Positions 10,752 to 20,437 of a stretch of 64,000 nt of DNA are shown here, piece by piece. The position numbers and the translations under genes were made by a program. The notes beneath the pieces are model-generated. The model searched no databases, had not been told where the DNA came from, and saw only the letters and a program-made list of their open reading frames with translations. Within the stretch, counting starts at the first letter, position 1. Each line of letters begins with the position of its first letter. Source of the stretch: an uncultured Gemmatimonadales bacterium (GTDB lineage Bacteria; Gemmatimonadota; Gemmatimonadetes; Longimicrobiales; RSA9); contig CAWCRS010000007.1 in NCBI GenBank assembly GCA_963798085.1, positions 448,001 to 512,000 on the forward strand, given 5' to 3'.

Positions 10752-11318
10752 ATGGCAATGAATGTCCGGGATGCGATCGCCGGGCGGCGGTCGATCAAGC
10801 GGTTCACGGGGCGAGCGGTCACGCGCGCGGAAATCGAGGCTCTGCTGGACGCGGCGGTGCTGGCGCCGAATCACAGGCTGACGCAGCCGTGGCGTTTTTA
10901 CGTGCTGGGTCCGGCGGCGCGACGCGCGTACGGGGCCGTGCTGGGCGCGCGCAAGGCGAAGAAGGTGGAGGATCCGGTCGCCGCGGCGCAGGTGGCGTCC
11001 AAGGTAGAGGAGGAGAACGCGGCAGTGCCGGCGATGATCGCGGTCGCAGTGCAGGTGTCTGCGGATGCGGAGCAGCAGGAGGAGGACTACGCCGCCACGA
11101 TGATGGCGGTGCAGAATATCCTGCTCGCGGCGGTATCCATGGGGCTGGGAGCGCATCTGAAGTCAGGCGCGGTCATGCAGGACGAGCGCGCGCGCGCGGC
11201 GGTGGGCGCAGGTGAAGGCGAGCGCATCGTCGCACTGATCAATCTTGGCGAAGCGGCGGAAGCGCCGGGCGAGAAGGCGAGGCGGAGCGCCCGGGAACTC
11301 ACCACGTGGCGCGACTGA
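10752..11318 (+). CDS. Nitroreductase (YdjA-like)
   Basis: RRSIKRF, APNHRLTQPWRF, AVQNILLAAVSMGLG; GAGGA RBS. Confidence 0.9.
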   Translation: MAMNVRDAIAGRRSIKRFTGRAVTRAEIEALLDAAVLAPNHRLTQPWRFYVLGPAARRAYGAVLGARKAKKVEDPVAAAQVASKVEEENAAVPAMIAVAVQVSADAEQQEEDYAATMMAVQNILLAAVSMGLGAHLKSGAVMQDERARAAVGAGEGERIVALINLGEAAEAPGEKARRSARELTTWRD

Positions 11319-11332
11319 GCCACTGACGCGCA

Positions 11333-12322
11333 ATGCTGCGACTGCACGCGTTCGAGTATCACCGGCCGGCGGCACTGGCGGAAGCGCTGGAACTGCTGAG
11401 CCGTCACGCGGGCAACGTCATGCCGCTGGCAGGGGGCACCGATCTCATGCCCAACATGAAGCATCGGCTGTTCACGCCGGAGCACGTAGTGGGTCTGCGT
11501 CGTCTGCCCGAGTTGCGCGGCATCACCGTGCAGGATGGCGAGCTGCGCATTGGTGCGGCGGAAACGCTGACCACGGTGTCACGTGCAGCGCTGGTTCGGA
11601 AGCACGCGCCCTCACTGGCGAAGGCGGCGGGTCTGGTAGCGGGACCGCAGCTGCGCAACATGGGCACACTGGGCGGCAACGTCTGCCTGGACACACGTTG
11701 CACGTACTACAACCAGACGTGGTTCTGGCGGCAGGCGCTGGGCTTCTGCCTGAAGAAGGATGGCGATGTCTGCCATGTCACGACGACCGGGAAGAAGTGT
11801 GTCGCCGCGCATTCGGCGGACACGCCGCCCGTGCTCATCACACTGGACGCGAGCGTCGAGCTGGCGTCGGTTCAGGGCACGCGCACGGTATCCCTAACAG
11901 AGCTGTTCGTGGCGGACGGGATCTGGAACAGCATTCGTCGACCGGACGAGATACTGGTGTGTGTGCGCGTGCCGCTGCCGCGCGGACGGCTGCGCGTGGG
12001 GTTCGAGAAGCTGCGCCAGCGCAATGCCATCGACTTCCCGCTGCTGAACGTGGCCGTGGCGGCACAGATGGCCGGCGGCGACGCGGTCGAGACGCTGCGT
12101 GTGGTAGTGTCGGCGCTGGGTTCGCGTCCGCGTGAGGTGACCGGCCTCGAGCGTCTGGTGGCGGGCCAGCGGCTGACGCCGGACGTGATCGAGGCGGTGG
12201 CGAAAAGGGCGTACCAGCAGTGTCATCCGCTCAGCAACATCACGATCAATGCCGACTGGCGGCGTGCCATGGTGCCGGTGCACGTGCGGCGTGCACTGCA
12301 GGGCATGACGAGCGCCGCCTGA
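11333..12322 (+). CDS. FAD-binding subunit with [4Fe-4S] insertion, 4-hydroxybenzoyl-CoA reductase beta (HcrB)-like
   Basis: AGGTDL and PQLRNMGTLGGN FAD motifs plus the Cys-rich insert DTRCTYYNQ..FCLKKDGDVCH..KKC. Confidence 0.9.
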   Translation: MLRLHAFEYHRPAALAEALELLSRHAGNVMPLAGGTDLMPNMKHRLFTPEHVVGLRRLPELRGITVQDGELRIGAAETLTTVSRAALVRKHAPSLAKAAGLVAGPQLRNMGTLGGNVCLDTRCTYYNQTWFWRQALGFCLKKDGDVCHVTTTGKKCVAAHSADTPPVLITLDASVELASVQGTRTVSLTELFVADGIWNSIRRPDEILVCVRVPLPRGRLRVGFEKLRQRNAIDFPLLNVAVAAQMAGGDAVETLRVVVSALGSRPREVTGLERLVAGQRLTPDVIEAVAKRAYQQCHPLSNITINADWRRAMVPVHVRRALQGMTSAA

Positions 12323-12425
12323 GGCATTGCGGGGAGAGGGCACGCGTCGCAACATGCACGCTGCGGGAGCGCATCCCGCGACGTCGCGCCGGTCGCTGGT
12401 CCGCCTGCCCTTCGAGGAGGAACGC

Positions 12426-13544
12426 ATGTCCATGCCGATGGATCGTCGCGCCTTCGTGATCACGAGCGCTGTTGCCGCCACGGGCATCGCGAAGCCCCGC
12501 GTGCTGGAGGGCTCGCCAGGCGTCATTGTCCGGCGTGCCCGGCCGGTCGTGATTTCGGCGGCGAACGGGAATCGCTCGAAGGATGCCGATGGCAGGACGG
12601 GCGTGCAGAAGGCATTCCAGATGATCACCGAAGGCAAGGACGTGCTGGACGCGGTGATCGCCTGCGTGAACTGCGTGGAACTGGATCCCACGGATAACAG
12701 TGTAGGCTACGGTGGCCTGCCCAACGCGGACGGCGTGGTGCAGCTGGATTCCTGCTGCATGCACGGACCGAAGAAGCAGGCGGGTGGTGTCGCGTGCATC
12801 GAAGGCGTGCGCACGCCGTCGCTGGTGGCCAAGGCGGTCATGGAGCAGACGGACCACCATCTGCTGGTGGGCAAGGGCGCACAGGAGTTCGCGCGCAATG
12901 TCGGCTTCAAGATCGAGGACGACCTGAACACGGAGCGCTCGCGCGAACTGTGGCTGGAGTGGAAGCGTCGCACCGATCCCGAGCATTATCTCGATCCCAA
13001 GAAGCGCATGGAGAAGGGCATGCAGGTGGGTCTGGAGATGGTGCGCGAGGGCAAGATCGATCCCGACCATTTCTGGGGCACGATCAACTGCAATGGCGTG
13101 AACCCGCGCGGTGATGTGTGCGGCGTAGTGACCACCAGCGGTCTTTCGTGGAAGATTCCGGGACGCGTGGGTGATTCGCCGATACTGGGCGCGGGTCTGT
13201 ATGTGGACAATGACGTGGGCGCCGCCGGCTCGACGGGCCGGGGCGAGGCGAACCTGTACAATCTCACGTCGTTCCTGATCGTGGAGAACATGCGGCGAGG
13301 CATGTCGCCGAAGGATGCGGGGATGGATGGCCTGCGCCGCATCCAGAAGAACACGATCGAGAAGCGGCTGCTGAACGAGCGCAACCTGCCCAATTTCGGC
13401 ATCCAGTTCTATGTATTGAACAACAAGGGCGAGTACGCGGCGGTGACAATGTACGGGCCGGCGCGCTTTGCGGTGTGCGACGAGAATGGTCCTCGGCTGG
13501 AGGATTGCAGCGCACTGCTGGATGGCCGCGCAACCGACGAGTAG
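12426..13544 (+). CDS. N(4)-(beta-N-acetylglucosaminyl)-L-asparaginase / isoaspartyl peptidase (Ntn hydrolase), Tat-exported
   Basis: DRRAF Tat-like signal; SVGYGGLPN, G|TINC cleavage site, GRVGDSPILGAG; GAGGAGG RBS. Confidence 0.9.
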   Translation: MSMPMDRRAFVITSAVAATGIAKPRVLEGSPGVIVRRARPVVISAANGNRSKDADGRTGVQKAFQMITEGKDVLDAVIACVNCVELDPTDNSVGYGGLPNADGVVQLDSCCMHGPKKQAGGVACIEGVRTPSLVAKAVMEQTDHHLLVGKGAQEFARNVGFKIEDDLNTERSRELWLEWKRRTDPEHYLDPKKRMEKGMQVGLEMVREGKIDPDHFWGTINCNGVNPRGDVCGVVTTSGLSWKIPGRVGDSPILGAGLYVDNDVGAAGSTGRGEANLYNLTSFLIVENMRRGMSPKDAGMDGLRRIQKNTIEKRLLNERNLPNFGIQFYVLNNKGEYAAVTMYGPARFAVCDENGPRLEDCSALLDGRATDE

Positions 13545-13648
13545 GAGCGACGCATTCCGCAACCTCGCCTTGCTCCACTCGCTCGAGTGCGAAGCGCCCG
13601 GGAAGCAGCCATGCACTGCTTTCCGGGCGCAGTTCCGCGCAGGACCGG

Positions 13649-14902
13649 ATGACCGAACTCCTGGAAGAGCGACTGCGCCACGAGCTGGCGCCGGAACTGG
13701 AGCTGAAGCGGCTGCTGGGCCGAGGGTCCGTGGCCAGCGTATACCTGGCGCTGGAGCCGGCGCTCAAGCGCATGGTGGCGCTCAAGGTGCTGCGGCCGGA
13801 GCTGGCGCTGGATGATGTAGCGCGACGCCGCTTCGAGCGGGAAGCGCAGGCGGCCGCGCGCATCAACCATCCCAATGTCACCGACATCTACCGCACCAGC
13901 CGTCTGAGTGACGGCGTTCCCTACATCGTGATGGAGTTCATCGACGGGCGCACACTGGCGGATGCGCTCGAGGCAAACGGCCCGTTAGGCGTGGACGACG
14001 TACGCCGCATCGTGGCGGGTGTGGCGGACGCGCTGTCGGCCGCGCACGAGAAGGGCATTGTGCACCGCAATGTGCGGCCCGGCAACGTCATCCGCGAGAA
14101 CCGTACGGGGCGCGTGGTGCTCACGGATTTCGGCATTGCCGCGATCCTGGAATCGGGTGGCGAGTCCGTGACGCAACTGACGGCCATGGGCCACCGGCTG
14201 GGCGACCCGCGCTACATGAGTCCGGAACAGATGCGTGGTGAGTCGGTCACCGAGCAATCCGACCTGTACAGCCTGGGCGTGCTGGGCTACGTGCTGCTGA
14301 CGGGTGAGGGGCCGTTCGGCGCTGGCGGTGGCCGCGTGGCGGAAATCGCAGCCAAGCTGGAAGGCGATCCTCGCCATCTGCGCGACATGCGCGCCGACGT
14401 CGAACCGCGCATGGCTCAGATGCTGGAGCGTTGTCTTGCGCGCCAGCCGGAGCACCGGCCGCGCGCGGGCGAGGTCGTAATGTCACTGGCGCAGCCCAGA
14501 ATGCCCACGGCGCCGGCGTTTTCCATGATCATGAGCGAGGGCGTCAGTGGCGAAAGCACGGCGCTGCAGCGCTTCCTGGCCGATCTGAAGCGCAGGCGAG
14601 TCTACAAGGTGGGCGGCGCCTACGCCGTGGCGGCCTTCGCGGTGCTGCAGGTCATCGAGACGATCGTACACGGGCTCGAGCTGAAGGAATGGGTGGTGGA
14701 CGCCACCGTGGTGTCGACGCTGGCGCTGTGTCCGGTGGCGCTGACGCTGGCGTGGGTCTTCGACATCCGCGATGGTCGCGTGCAGCGCGCGGACTCCCCC
14801 AGTGGCGAAGTCTCGCTGTTCGGTCGCATGCTGCCGTACATCGGGCTGGCGCTGAGCGTGCTGGTCGCCGCGCTGGTGGGCTGGCTCAAACTGCACCGTT
14901 AG
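13649..14902 (+). CDS. Hanks-type Ser/Thr kinase-fold protein with C-terminal TM helices; catalytic loop HRN (probable pseudokinase)
   Basis: LGRG, VALK, HRNVRPGN, DFG, YMSPEQ, SDLYSLG; membrane module LKRRRVYKVGGAYAV. Confidence 0.88.
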   Translation: MTELLEERLRHELAPELELKRLLGRGSVASVYLALEPALKRMVALKVLRPELALDDVARRRFEREAQAAARINHPNVTDIYRTSRLSDGVPYIVMEFIDGRTLADALEANGPLGVDDVRRIVAGVADALSAAHEKGIVHRNVRPGNVIRENRTGRVVLTDFGIAAILESGGESVTQLTAMGHRLGDPRYMSPEQMRGESVTEQSDLYSLGVLGYVLLTGEGPFGAGGGRVAEIAAKLEGDPRHLRDMRADVEPRMAQMLERCLARQPEHRPRAGEVVMSLAQPRMPTAPAFSMIMSEGVSGESTALQRFLADLKRRRVYKVGGAYAVAAFAVLQVIETIVHGLELKEWVVDATVVSTLALCPVALTLAWVFDIRDGRVQRADSPSGEVSLFGRMLPYIGLALSVLVAALVGWLKLHR

Positions 14903-14968
14903 TGGACTGTAACCAGGTGTGGTCCGGCAGACGGGCGATTCCCGGTCTGCGACGCTGGTTGCCGGGGC

Positions 14969-15928
14969 TCAGTGGTGTTGCCCGGCGACGGATTTCTCGC
15001 CCGCCTGAACGGCGAAGGGCAGACGGTTCTGGCGAGGCGGCAGCGGGCAGGTGGCGAATTCGGTGAAGACGCAGGGCGGATTGTACGCCTTGTTGAAGTC
15101 GACGACGGTCCAGCCGTTGGCGTCGGGCGCGTCCACCCAGAGGAAGCGGCCGCCGCCGTAGGTCTCGCCGCCGTTCGTGCGGTCGCCGAAGGCGGTGAAG
15201 AAATTGGCGGGATCGTCGCTGTCCTCCCAGAGCAGCAGCTCGTAGCGCCTGCCCTGATAACGGAAGGTTACGGATCCCGGCGAGGGTGTGCGGTTGATGT
15301 CGCCGAGGATATTGGGCACCTCGATGGTATCCGGCGGCTGGCGGCGGTGGAAGCGGGCGGGGAAGCGCCACGCCTTCGACACCTCGAAGCGGTTGATGCC
15401 GGAGAAGAACATGCGCACGGGGCTCTCGGCGTCGCGCAGCCGGATGGCGAGGCGGCCGCCGCGGGCAATGACCAGCCAGCTCAACGAGCCGAAGCGCAGC
15501 ACGGTGGCGGTGTCGCCGCCGTAACGCATGGTTAGCAATGTGACGGCGGTGGCGTCGGTGGTCGAGTCGCGGGTCACGCGCACGCCGTGCCCGGCCTGGA
15601 AGGTGACGCGCGCGCTGTCCAGCAGGAAGCTGCCGATACGGGCAGGTACGTTCTCGTCCGCGCGGGCATAAACGAACCGGCTGGTCGAGTCGGAGCCGAA
15701 GGTATTCTCGCCGGGTACGAGCCAGAACAGGCCTGCCAGTGTGAGCCAGCCGTCCGGCTGCATGAGCTGTTCGATGCGGTGCGTGTGCCACTGTTCGATG
15801 TAGGTCTGGTGCTCGGCCGCGCTCATGTCCGGCGGCGGCGAGCTGCAGCCTGCGGCGAAGAGCGCGAGCCACGTCACCACGCGTGCGCCGCGGCAGCGGG
15901 CAATGCGGGTCCGGCGCGAGTGCGGCAA
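14969..15928 (-). CDS. DUF1684 family lipoprotein
   Basis: GWLTLAGLFWL, FGDRTNGGETYGGGRFL, DFNKAYNPPCVFTEFATCPLPP; lipobox AAGC; TTG start after AAGGGAG. Confidence 0.88.
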   Translation of the reverse strand: MPHSRRTRIARCRGARVVTWLALFAAGCSSPPPDMSAAEHQTYIEQWHTHRIEQLMQPDGWLTLAGLFWLVPGENTFGSDSTSRFVYARADENVPARIGSFLLDSARVTFQAGHGVRVTRDSTTDATAVTLLTMRYGGDTATVLRFGSLSWLVIARGGRLAIRLRDAESPVRMFFSGINRFEVSKAWRFPARFHRRQPPDTIEVPNILGDINRTPSPGSVTFRYQGRRYELLLWEDSDDPANFFTAFGDRTNGGETYGGGRFLWVDAPDANGWTVVDFNKAYNPPCVFTEFATCPLPPRQNRLPFAVQAGEKSVAGQHH

Positions 15929-16197
15929 ATTGAAACTCCCTTTCGGACGAGACGGAACAGCGTTCCGGACTGCGCACCAATGCAGCGTGCGCAGGGTGCG
16001 CTGGCCATGGCCGGGCCGATACTTTACCGCGCGAGCGACAGGGCGATTGCGTCCCGCGTCCGCGGCGCAGCGGGCGCCGGGCCGGATACAGCTGCAAGAT
16101 CCGGCCTGCGGCTGGAGGTTGCAACCCATCACGAAGCCGCGACGGCAAGCGGGCAACCGTGCGGAGGAAGCCTGGTGAAATCGGGCATGCCAATGTC

Positions 16198-17905
16198 ATG
16201 AGCGAGGCCACGCCAACGACGCAGCGCCGCGATACGGTGCTGGTGCTGCTGGTGATTGGCGCGCTCGTGCTGTACGCGCCGGGCATGCTGTGGGGGCTGC
16301 CCTACGCGACGGCGGCGGATCGCGTGAACCCATGGGGCAGCGATGAGCTGGCGCCACTGGGGCCACTGGCCCAGGTGTTCCACGTAGTGCTGCACGGTGG
16401 CTCCGCGTTCGACCCGCGTTATCCCCTGCTGCCGTACGCGCTGCAGACGCTGTTCATGGCACCCTACCTGCTGTGGCTTCGACTGAGCGGCGGGCAGCAC
16501 GGTTTCGCGATGGAGTACCCGTTCGGTCTGAGCGATCCGGTTGGCTCGATTGCGGGCCTGACGCTGGCGGCGCGCGTTTCCAGCCTGGTGATGATGGCGG
16601 CGGTACCGGCCACCGCGTACTGGACCGCGAAGCGCGTCTGGGGCAAGCGAACAGGTGTGTTCGCAGGCGTGTGCGCGCTGCTGGTCTACCCGTTCTTCTA
16701 CTACGCCCGCACGTCCAACGTCGATGCGGGCGGCCTGCTGTGGACAGTCCTGGGTGTGGCCGCGTTCGCGGCGATTCTGCAGGATGGCCTCACCATCCGG
16801 CGAGGCGTCTGGCTGGGCATCTTCGCCGCGCTGTCCGCAGCCACCAAGGACCAGAATTACGCCATCTTCATGGCGCTGGGACTGGCCGCCGTGGCACTGC
16901 ACCTGCGCGATGCGCGAAGGCGGGGCGAGTCGCTGCTGGTGCCTCCGCTCGCGGCGCTGGGCGCGGCCGTGTTCGCGTATCTGCTGGCAACCGGCATCGT
17001 ATTCCGGCCGTCGAGTTTTGCGACGCACGTCAACTTCATCCTGTTCCATCCGGGCGGGACCAACGGTCAGTCGTACTACAGCGCACCGGCGACCCTCGGC
17101 GGCTACACGCAATTGCTGCGTGAGTATGGCGCACAGATCGTGTCGTCCGTCGGTGTGCCCATGGCCATTGCCGGTACCATTGGCGTAGTGGTGGCGGCGG
17201 TGCGCAGGCCGCGCACACTGCTGCTGGCGCTGCCGGTGCTGGCGCTGTTCCTGGGCGTGATCGCGCCGGTGCGCTTCACGCGCATCCGTTTCGTGCTGCC
17301 GGCGGCTTATCTGTGCGCGCTGTTCGCGGGCGTAGCGATGGGCGCACTCGCGGGCGAAGGCGAAAAGGCGAGCGGCCCTGCCGGTGCCCGGATGCCGCTG
17401 CCGGTGCGGCGTATCGCGGCACGCGTGGCATTCGCGCTGATCGCAGGCTGGGCCCTGCTGCGGGGCGCCGACCTGACGTACCAGAATGTTCAACGATTCG
17501 CGCGATGCCGTGGAGGCCTGGCTGCAACGCAACGCACGGCTGGGTGACCACCTCGGCTTCTACGGTTCGCTGCTCAAGCTGCCACCGCTGGATCCGGGCA
17601 TCATCGCGGAGCAGGGCCCGTACGCGGAGGCGTACCCGCGACCGCCGGGCGCGGGCTGGCCCGAGTTCATCATCGTGATTCCCGTGCAGCAGTTCGAGAA
17701 TGAGCACGAGTGGAATCTGCCGGACGAGCGCTGGCAGGAGCTGAAGCAGGGCCAATGGGACTACGACATGGTGCTCGCCGTGCAGACACGCTCGCTGTTC
17801 CACGACCGGCCCATCAACTGGGTGAACCCGCCGGTGCGCGTGTTCGTGCGTCGCGACATTGTGCCGCGCCTGCGGGATCGGGAGAAGCGGTTGGAGTTGC
17901 GGTGA
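16198..17905 (+). CDS. ArnT/PMT-like (GT-C) membrane glycosyltransferase; +1 frameshift near 17485
   Basis: WGLP..WGSDE N-terminal loop, many TM helices, ATK motif; CAG-AATG insertion joins 16198-17485 to the 17486-17905 frame. Confidence 0.72.
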
Positions 17906-17921
17906 AACGAACCCTGAACTG

Positions 17922-17976
17922 CGTTGCAGGGGCTGGGGTTTACGGATCGACGGCGTTGCTGGCAGCCCCGACAACG
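17922..17976. repeat. Inverted repeat of REP-like family 2
   Basis: CGTTGCAGGGGCTG / CAGCCCCGACAACG (12/14); the left arm region matches 46744-46759 at 15/16. Confidence 0.5.
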
Positions 17977-17997
17977 GTCAAGTCGGTTGAGCGCTGA

Positions 17998-19336
17998 TTG
18001 CTGAACAGCGGGGTGGCGGTCGGGGCGATTTTCGGGCTGGTGTACCTGGGGATGTTCCTGGGGCGGTTCCCGCGACTGCAACTGGATCGCACGGGGATCG
18101 CGCTGCTGGGCGCGCTGGCGCTGCTGGTGACGCGGCTGATGAGCCTGGAGGTGGCGGGGCGGGCGCTGGATCTGCCGACGCTGGCGCTGTTGTTCGGGCT
18201 CATGGTGATGTCGGCGCAGCTGCGGCTGGGCGGGTTCTACCGGCGGGTGGCGCAGCGTTTCGCCATGCTGCCGCTCTCGCCACGCAGCTCGCTGGCGGTG
18301 CTGGTGCTGGTGGTGGGTGTGCTGTCGGCACTCTTCACGAACGACGTTGTGTGTCTGGCCGTGACACCGGTGGTGATCGCCGTGTGCCGGGCCCGTCAGG
18401 AGCAGCCGGTGCCGTTCCTGCTGGCGGTGGCGTGCAGCGCAAACATCGGTTCAGCGGCGACTCTGATCGGCAATCCGCAGAACATCCTGATCGGGCAGGT
18501 ACTGCACCTCTCCTTCCCACGCTATCTGCTGGAAGCCTCGCCGCCGGCGCTGCTCGGCCTGGTGCTGGCATGGTGGTGGATCGTGCGCTGCTATCCGTTG
18601 ACCGTAGCGAACGAGGCTGCCCGGGCGACCGCAGCCGAAGGGGCGGGGCCGGGTGGCGTTGCGGGCGCTTCTAACACGCTGTCAGGGACAGACAAAGCGG
18701 GCGCGCCGGCCGCGGGGCACAGCGCGACGGACCGCATCTCGCAGGATGCACCGTTCGATCGCTGGCAGAATGGGGAAGGGGCTGCTGCTGGCGGTGGCCG
18801 TGCTGCTGGCATTTCTCTTCACGTCGTGGCCGCGCGAGCTGGTGGCGCTGGCGGCGGCCGGAATTCTGCTGACCAGCACGAAGCTGCACTCGCGCGAGAT
18901 GCTGGGGCTGGTGGACTGGCAGCTGCTGGTATTGTTCGCGGGTCTCTTCGTTGTGAATGGCGCCATGACGAACAGCGGGCTGACGCAGGCGGGGCTCGCG
19001 CTACTGACCGGTCACGGCGTCCATCTGCAGCGGCCTGCGTGGCTGTTTGGTACGACACTGGTGCTCAGCAACCTGGTCTCCAATGTGCCCGCGGTAATGC
19101 TGCTGCTGCCGGCGGCGACGGACGCGCAGGCGGGTCCCATCCTGGCGCTGGTCAGCACGCTGGCGGGCAATTTCGTGATCGTGGGCAGCATTGCGAACAT
19201 GATCGTGGTGGAAAGCGCTGCCAGGCAGGGAGTCCGGATCGATTTCCGGACACACGCACGCGCCGGAGTCCCCATCACGCTGATTACGCTGGCCATAACC
19301 GCCGGTTGGCTGGCCGTGCGCGCGCACCTGCGCTGA
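17998..19336 (+). CDS. ArsB/NhaD/SLC13-type anion permease (YbiR-like); +1 frameshift near 18770
   Basis: LDRTGIALLGA, SALFTND, ANIGSAATLIGNPQN; second frame VDWQLLVLF, SNLVSNVPA, STLAGN..GSIANMIV. Confidence 0.87.
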
Positions 19337-19429
19337 TGCGCCGTCGATCTGATGCGCATGGCAGGCGACACGTCGGCTCGGAGCACCGGTCGGAGCACGG
19401 GCGCGGTGGCGCGCGGATCGCAGCCCGGT

Positions 19430-20437
19430 TCACTGGCGCGTGAAGCGCGAAGCGAACGCCCATGCGGTGCGGGCGGCATTCACCAGCGTGGTGGGCGGGC
19501 CAATGAGGTTCTCCGGCAGCTCGGCGCGCGCCGCACCGGGCCAGCCGTGCCCGGCGCCCGTCAGCTTCCAGTGCTGCACTTCGGCGCCGTCATTGCAGGG
19601 CGCCCACACCAGCCGGGTAGCGGTCTGCGCGGAGTCGCGGGCGGCGGGGTGGCCGCGGCGGGTCTCGGCGACTGTGGGATCAGTCGGGCAGCCATCGGCG
19701 CGGATCCAGGCATCGAGTCCCTGCTGCACGGGCTGATGCGTCTCGCGGTGATTCGTGAGCGGGAAGGGTGGACCCAACCCGCCGTTATAGAGAGCCCGCG
19801 GGTCATCCACGCTGTGTATGTCGAGCACGGCCACCGGGCGAGAAGGCGAGAAGGTGGTAACGCTCATGGCGCCGGCGACCGGCACGATGGCGGCAATGCG
19901 ATCGGCGCGTTCGGCGGCGAGCCGGTAGGCCATGATGGCACCATTGGAATGGCCGGTCGCGTAAATGCGCTGCTGATCCACGCGCGTGCGCCGGGTAATG
20001 TCGGCAATCACGTCGATGGTGAACGCGACATCATCAATGTGGTGGTCCATGGCCCAGCCGCAGCAGCCGCCCGCATTCCAGGTCAGCAGGCGCTGGGGCA
20101 GCGGCCCGGTTCCATCCGGGTACGCGACCAGGAAGCCCGCCGAGTCGGCTACGGCATCCAGCCCGGCGTATGCCTTGAAGCCCTGCGCGTTACCACCGCC
20201 GCCGTGAAACGCGATCATCAGAGGAAGGTCGCGGTTTGCGCGCACACTGTCCGGCACATGTACGATATAACGCCGTGTTCGTCCACCGGAGCGCAGGGTG
20301 AAGGTGTGGTCGCCGGGGCTGAGCACAGGCTTCTGGGCGTGGCGGCCGAGCGCGAGCAGTGCCAGCAGCGCGAAGGGCGTGAGCAGGCGCAGCGCGGGCG
20401 TGCGGCGGCGGGGGTGAGCCGATGCTTCAGGCGTCAA
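19430..20437 (-). CDS. Secreted PHB-depolymerase/LpqC-family alpha/beta hydrolase
   Basis: FHGGGG, YPDG, WNAGGCCG, DDVAF, GHSNG nucleophile elbow, GHGWPG. Confidence 0.87.
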   Translation of the reverse strand: MTPEASAHPRRRTPALRLLTPFALLALLALGRHAQKPVLSPGDHTFTLRSGGRTRRYIVHVPDSVRANRDLPLMIAFHGGGGNAQGFKAYAGLDAVADSAGFLVAYPDGTGPLPQRLLTWNAGGCCGWAMDHHIDDVAFTIDVIADITRRTRVDQQRIYATGHSNGAIMAYRLAAERADRIAAIVPVAGAMSVTTFSPSRPVAVLDIHSVDDPRALYNGGLGPPFPLTNHRETHQPVQQGLDAWIRADGCPTDPTVAETRRGHPAARDSAQTATRLVWAPCNDGAEVQHWKLTGAGHGWPGAARAELPENLIGPPTTLVNAARTAWAFASRFTRQ

